DNA of 64,000 nucleotides from Alphaproteobacteria bacterium (GTDB taxonomy: Bacteria; Pseudomonadota; Alphaproteobacteria; JAUHZY01), in the NCBI GenBank assembly GCA_030425825.1, contig JAUHZY010000001.1:1542834-1606833 (forward strand). The letters run 5' to 3'. The notes beneath the pieces are model-generated. The model saw only the letters and a list, made by a program, of their open reading frames with translations. It did no database searches and had not been told where the DNA came from. The position numbers were made by a program, and so were the translations under genes. Shown here piece by piece: positions 61,522 to 64,000 of this stretch (its first letter is position 1; every line of letters begins with the position of its first letter).

Positions 61522-61965
61522 ATGTTTAAAGTACTTTCGCAAACCTTACCAGGCCTAACCGATAAGTTTTTTCGGAAAAAAGGGTTTTTTGACCCCAAAC
61601 TTGTCACATGCTGGCACGATATTGTTGGACAAGACCTTGCAGCCGTTATTTTGCCCGAGAAACTTGTGACTTCCTTGGCAAAGGATGGTGCAAAGCGTGG
61701 GGTTTTACACCTTAAGGTGTCTCCGGCATTCTCTTTGGAGGCGCAGCATTTAGAAGGCGTGATTGTCGAGAAAGTGAATCAATTTCTTGGATACAAAGCT
61801 GTTGATAGAATTATGTTACAGCAAGCTGTTATGACGCAAACTGATTCAAATAAAAAAAGATTCCAACCAGCTAAAAAACAGCCTATAAACTTAGAAGGTT
61901 TTAAAGATGATAATCTTCAGTCTTCATTGGAAAAGTTGTCGCAATATGTGATAAGTGACGACTGA
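61522..61965 (+). CDS. DUF721 (DciA-like helicase-loader family) protein
   Basis: DUF721 pattern (CWHDIVG...GVLHLKVSPAFSLEAQHLEGVIVEKVNQFLGY). Confidence 0.6.
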   Translation: MFKVLSQTLPGLTDKFFRKKGFFDPKLVTCWHDIVGQDLAAVILPEKLVTSLAKDGAKRGVLHLKVSPAFSLEAQHLEGVIVEKVNQFLGYKAVDRIMLQQAVMTQTDSNKKRFQPAKKQPINLEGFKDDNLQSSLEKLSQYVISDD

Positions 61966-61985
61966 TAAACAAAAAGGAATATTTT

Positions 61986-62591
61986 ATGCCAATTATTTTT
62001 TTGATAATGACATTGTTTTTTTCGAACATTGCATTTGCTGATATAGGATTGCCACCAGAACGCTCTTTGGGTAGTGAGAATGCGCCTATCAAAGTGATTG
62101 AATATGCGTCAATGACATGCCCACATTGTGCCAAGTTTCATAAAAATACATTTGGCTTGATCAAGAAAAACTATATTGATACAGGCAAGGTTCACTTTGT
62201 GTTTAGGGACTTTCCCTTTGACGAGCGTGCTTTGAAGGCGGCGACCTTGGCAAGGTGTAGCGATGAAGAAAAATTCTTTCCTGTTTTAAAGGTTATTTTT
62301 GAACAGCAAAATGACTGGGCTTTTAAAGCTAATTGGGAAGAAGAGCTTGCAAAAATTATGTCCTTAAGCGGGATGTCAGCCGAGAAGCTACAGGCCTGTT
62401 TGGCAAAGGAAGAGTTGCCGCAAGCTATTGTTTATGGTCGCCTGCATGGACATAAACAATATGAGGTTGATTCAACGCCAACCTTTATTATCAATGGTAA
62501 AAAATATGCTGGAAGTCGTCCTTATGAAGAGTTTAAAAAGATTTTTGATGCGATTTTGAAAGAGGAGCAAGAAAATCTTAAAAACGACTAA
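61986..62591 (+). CDS. DsbA-family periplasmic thiol:disulfide oxidoreductase
   Basis: Signal peptide, CPHC active site, thioredoxin fold. Confidence 0.7.
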   Translation: MPIIFLIMTLFFSNIAFADIGLPPERSLGSENAPIKVIEYASMTCPHCAKFHKNTFGLIKKNYIDTGKVHFVFRDFPFDERALKAATLARCSDEEKFFPVLKVIFEQQNDWAFKANWEEELAKIMSLSGMSAEKLQACLAKEELPQAIVYGRLHGHKQYEVDSTPTFIINGKKYAGSRPYEEFKKIFDAILKEEQENLKND

Positions 62592-62823
62592 AGATGACAC
62601 TCAGAAAGATGATGCTGTTTCTATTGAAGTAAAAAGAAAGCAGCAGCAGTACCTTAGGGATGTTAAGTCTGTAAGCACGTATCTCATTGGTGCGGTTCTT
62701 TTCGGGTTTCTATTCGGCAGCTTTATAGATACCATCTTGGGCACCAATTTTGTTTTCAAAATAATTTTTTTCTTTCTTGCTACTATGGCGGCTTTGTATA
62801 GAATATATCAAAAATATTCTTGA
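62560..62823 (+). CDS. atpI: AtpI-like (ATP synthase protein I) reading frame without a canonical start codon
   Basis: Open frame 62560-62820 encodes charged N-terminus plus two TM helices (YLIGAVLFGFLFGSFIDTILGTNFVFKIIFFLATMAALY) in the expected position before atpB; no in-frame ATG/GTG/TTG before residue about 60. Confidence 0.3.
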   Translation, partial: KRSKKILKTTKDDTQKDDAVSIEVKRKQQQYLRDVKSVSTYLIGAVLFGFLFGSFIDTILGTNFVFKIIFFFLATMAALYRIYQKYS

Positions 62824-62847
62824 AGAAATTAACAGAGGATTGAGAGA

Positions 62848-63579
62848 ATGATAAAAGTCGGCAAGCCGATGAAGCAGTTTGATATACATGAACTGGTTCC
62901 TTTCGAACTAGGTCAGTTTAATGTTGCTTTCACAAATTCAGCATTATGGATGGTTATTGGCATTTTAGTTATGTCTGCTTTCATTTTTATGGGAACACGT
63001 CGTGCTTCTGTTGTGCCAGGGCGCTTTCAAGCTGTTGTTGAGCTTTTTTACGAGTTTGTTTTTGGTCTTTTGCATGCGCAAACAGGTGATAAAGGGTTAA
63101 AATACTTTCCTTTTGTATTTTGTATCTTCAGCTTTGTCTTAATGGGCAACCTGCTGGGCCTTATTCCTCATAGCTTTACCTACACAAGTCATTTGGCTGT
63201 AACCTTCGCGTTGGCTTTCATTGTTATTGTTACGGTGACGCTTATTGGTATTGCGCGTCATGGCTTGCATTTTTTCTCTCTCTTCTTGCCTTCGGGAACG
63301 CCTTTGTGGATGGCCCCTTTAATGATACCGCTTGAGGTCACCTCATACCTTATGCGCCCTGTCAGTCTGTCTCTACGTTTGTTTATTAATATGATGGTTG
63401 GTCATATTTTGTTGAAGGTTTTCGCCGCGATCAGTGCATCAATTGGCATTGCTGGACTGCTGCCAACTCTTGTGAATGTTGGTATAACAGGTTTGGAACT
63501 TCTTATTGCATTCATTCAGGCTTATATTTTTGCTCTTTTAACCTCAATTTATTTGAAAGATTCTATAGACCTTCATTAA
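62848..63579 (+). CDS. atpB: ATP synthase F0 subunit a
   Basis: Conserved LSLRLFINMMVGHILL arginine-containing helix. Confidence 0.92.
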   Translation: MIKVGKPMKQFDIHELVPFELGQFNVAFTNSALWMVIGILVMSAFIFMGTRRASVVPGRFQAVVELFYEFVFGLLHAQTGDKGLKYFPFVFCIFSFVLMGNLLGLIPHSFTYTSHLAVTFALAFIVIVTVTLIGIARHGLHFFSLFLPSGTPLWMAPLMIPLEVTSYLMRPVSLSLRLFINMMVGHILLKVFAAISASIGIAGLLPTLVNVGITGLELLIAFIQAYIFALLTSIYLKDSIDLH

Positions 63580-63655
63580 TTATTGTGATAAAAGATCACG
63601 ACCTTATTGAAGGCATTGGATAATTGTAAACAATAACAAAACTTAGGAGTTTGAA

Positions 63656-63883
63656 ATGACATTTGAAATCGCAAAAGTATTCGCAGCAGCCTTCTCGGCA
63701 CTTGCACTGTTTGGTGTTGCTCTTAGCATGGGGCGCGTTGTTTCTTCGGGACTTGAATCAATTGCACGTAACCCTTCAGCTTCTGGTGATATTCAGAAGT
63801 TTGGTATTCTTGGAATGGCCTTTACAGAGGCACTAGGTCTCTTTGTTCTTTTTGTCATTCTTCTTATCTTATTTGCAGTTTAA
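63656..63883 (+). CDS. atpE: ATP synthase F0 subunit c
   Basis: 75-aa proteolipid, conserved carboxylate helix (MAFTEALGLFVLFVILLILF). Confidence 0.92.
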   Translation: MTFEIAKVFAAAFSALALFGVALSMGRVVSSGLESIARNPSASGDIQKFGILGMAFTEALGLFVLFVILLILFAV

Positions 63884-63935
63884 TTTTAAAAGGCACGGTT
63901 CTTGCTTCTTGTGTAGAAGCGGAGGCCGTGCTTTA

Positions 63936-64000
63936 TGAATAAAGTATCAAAAATGAAATTTTTAGGTTTTTTCACTTTTCTTTTGACGTTGTCGGAAGCT
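63936..64000 (+). CDS. ATP synthase F0 subunit b/b' (5' end only; continues beyond window)
   Basis: ATG 63936, MNKVSKMKFLGFFTFLLTLSEA signal/TM-like start in expected operon position. Confidence 0.45.

Noticed and set aside
63891-63934. Two-tier hairpin between atpE and atpF'
   Set aside because: Only three Ts follow; likely a partial intra-operon attenuator, common in atp operons and not noteworthy
1-64000. CRISPR arrays, IS elements, integrases or phage genes, and rRNA/tRNA genes
   Set aside because: No direct-repeat/spacer periodicity, no transposase or integrase-like translation, and no intergenic segment long or structured enough for rRNA/tRNA. tRNAs cannot be fully excluded by eye without tRNAscan

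Overview
Gene-dense, AT-rich chromosomal core region. Content and gene order point to an alphaproteobacterium, probably a reduced Rickettsiales- or Holosporales-like lineage. The pointers are DUF4167 followed by clpB, class I LysRS, CobS/CobT, TIGR02186 paired with a TSUP permease, a DciA-like DUF721 protein, and atpI-BE-F'. About 70 protein genes are called, nearly all housekeeping: translation (hisS, prfA, prmC, lysK, infA, truA), amino-acid synthesis (lysC, dapD, argC, proC, pheA, metC, trpDC), cell envelope and division (glmU, ftsK, rodZ-like), DNA repair (mutL, xthA, udg), ccmC/ccmE, ispE and ATP synthase F0. No tRNA, rRNA, CRISPR array or mobile element could be supported. Embedded in this core are two dispersed flagellar export/hook mini-clusters (fliI-fliJ and fliK-flgD) and several unusual items. 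The main candidate for something new is an orphan membrane module of a Sel1-repeat protein, a Cys-rich polytopic protein and a small translationally coupled TM protein. The others are an in-frame gamma-CA-like::dUTPase fusion, a fused HpnC-HpnD squalene-synthase ORF with hpnE, a structured intergenic region after clpB, a missed 45-aa ORF coupled to cobT, and an atpI-like frame without a start codon. All calls rest on reading the translations and the sequence by eye; no database search was possible.
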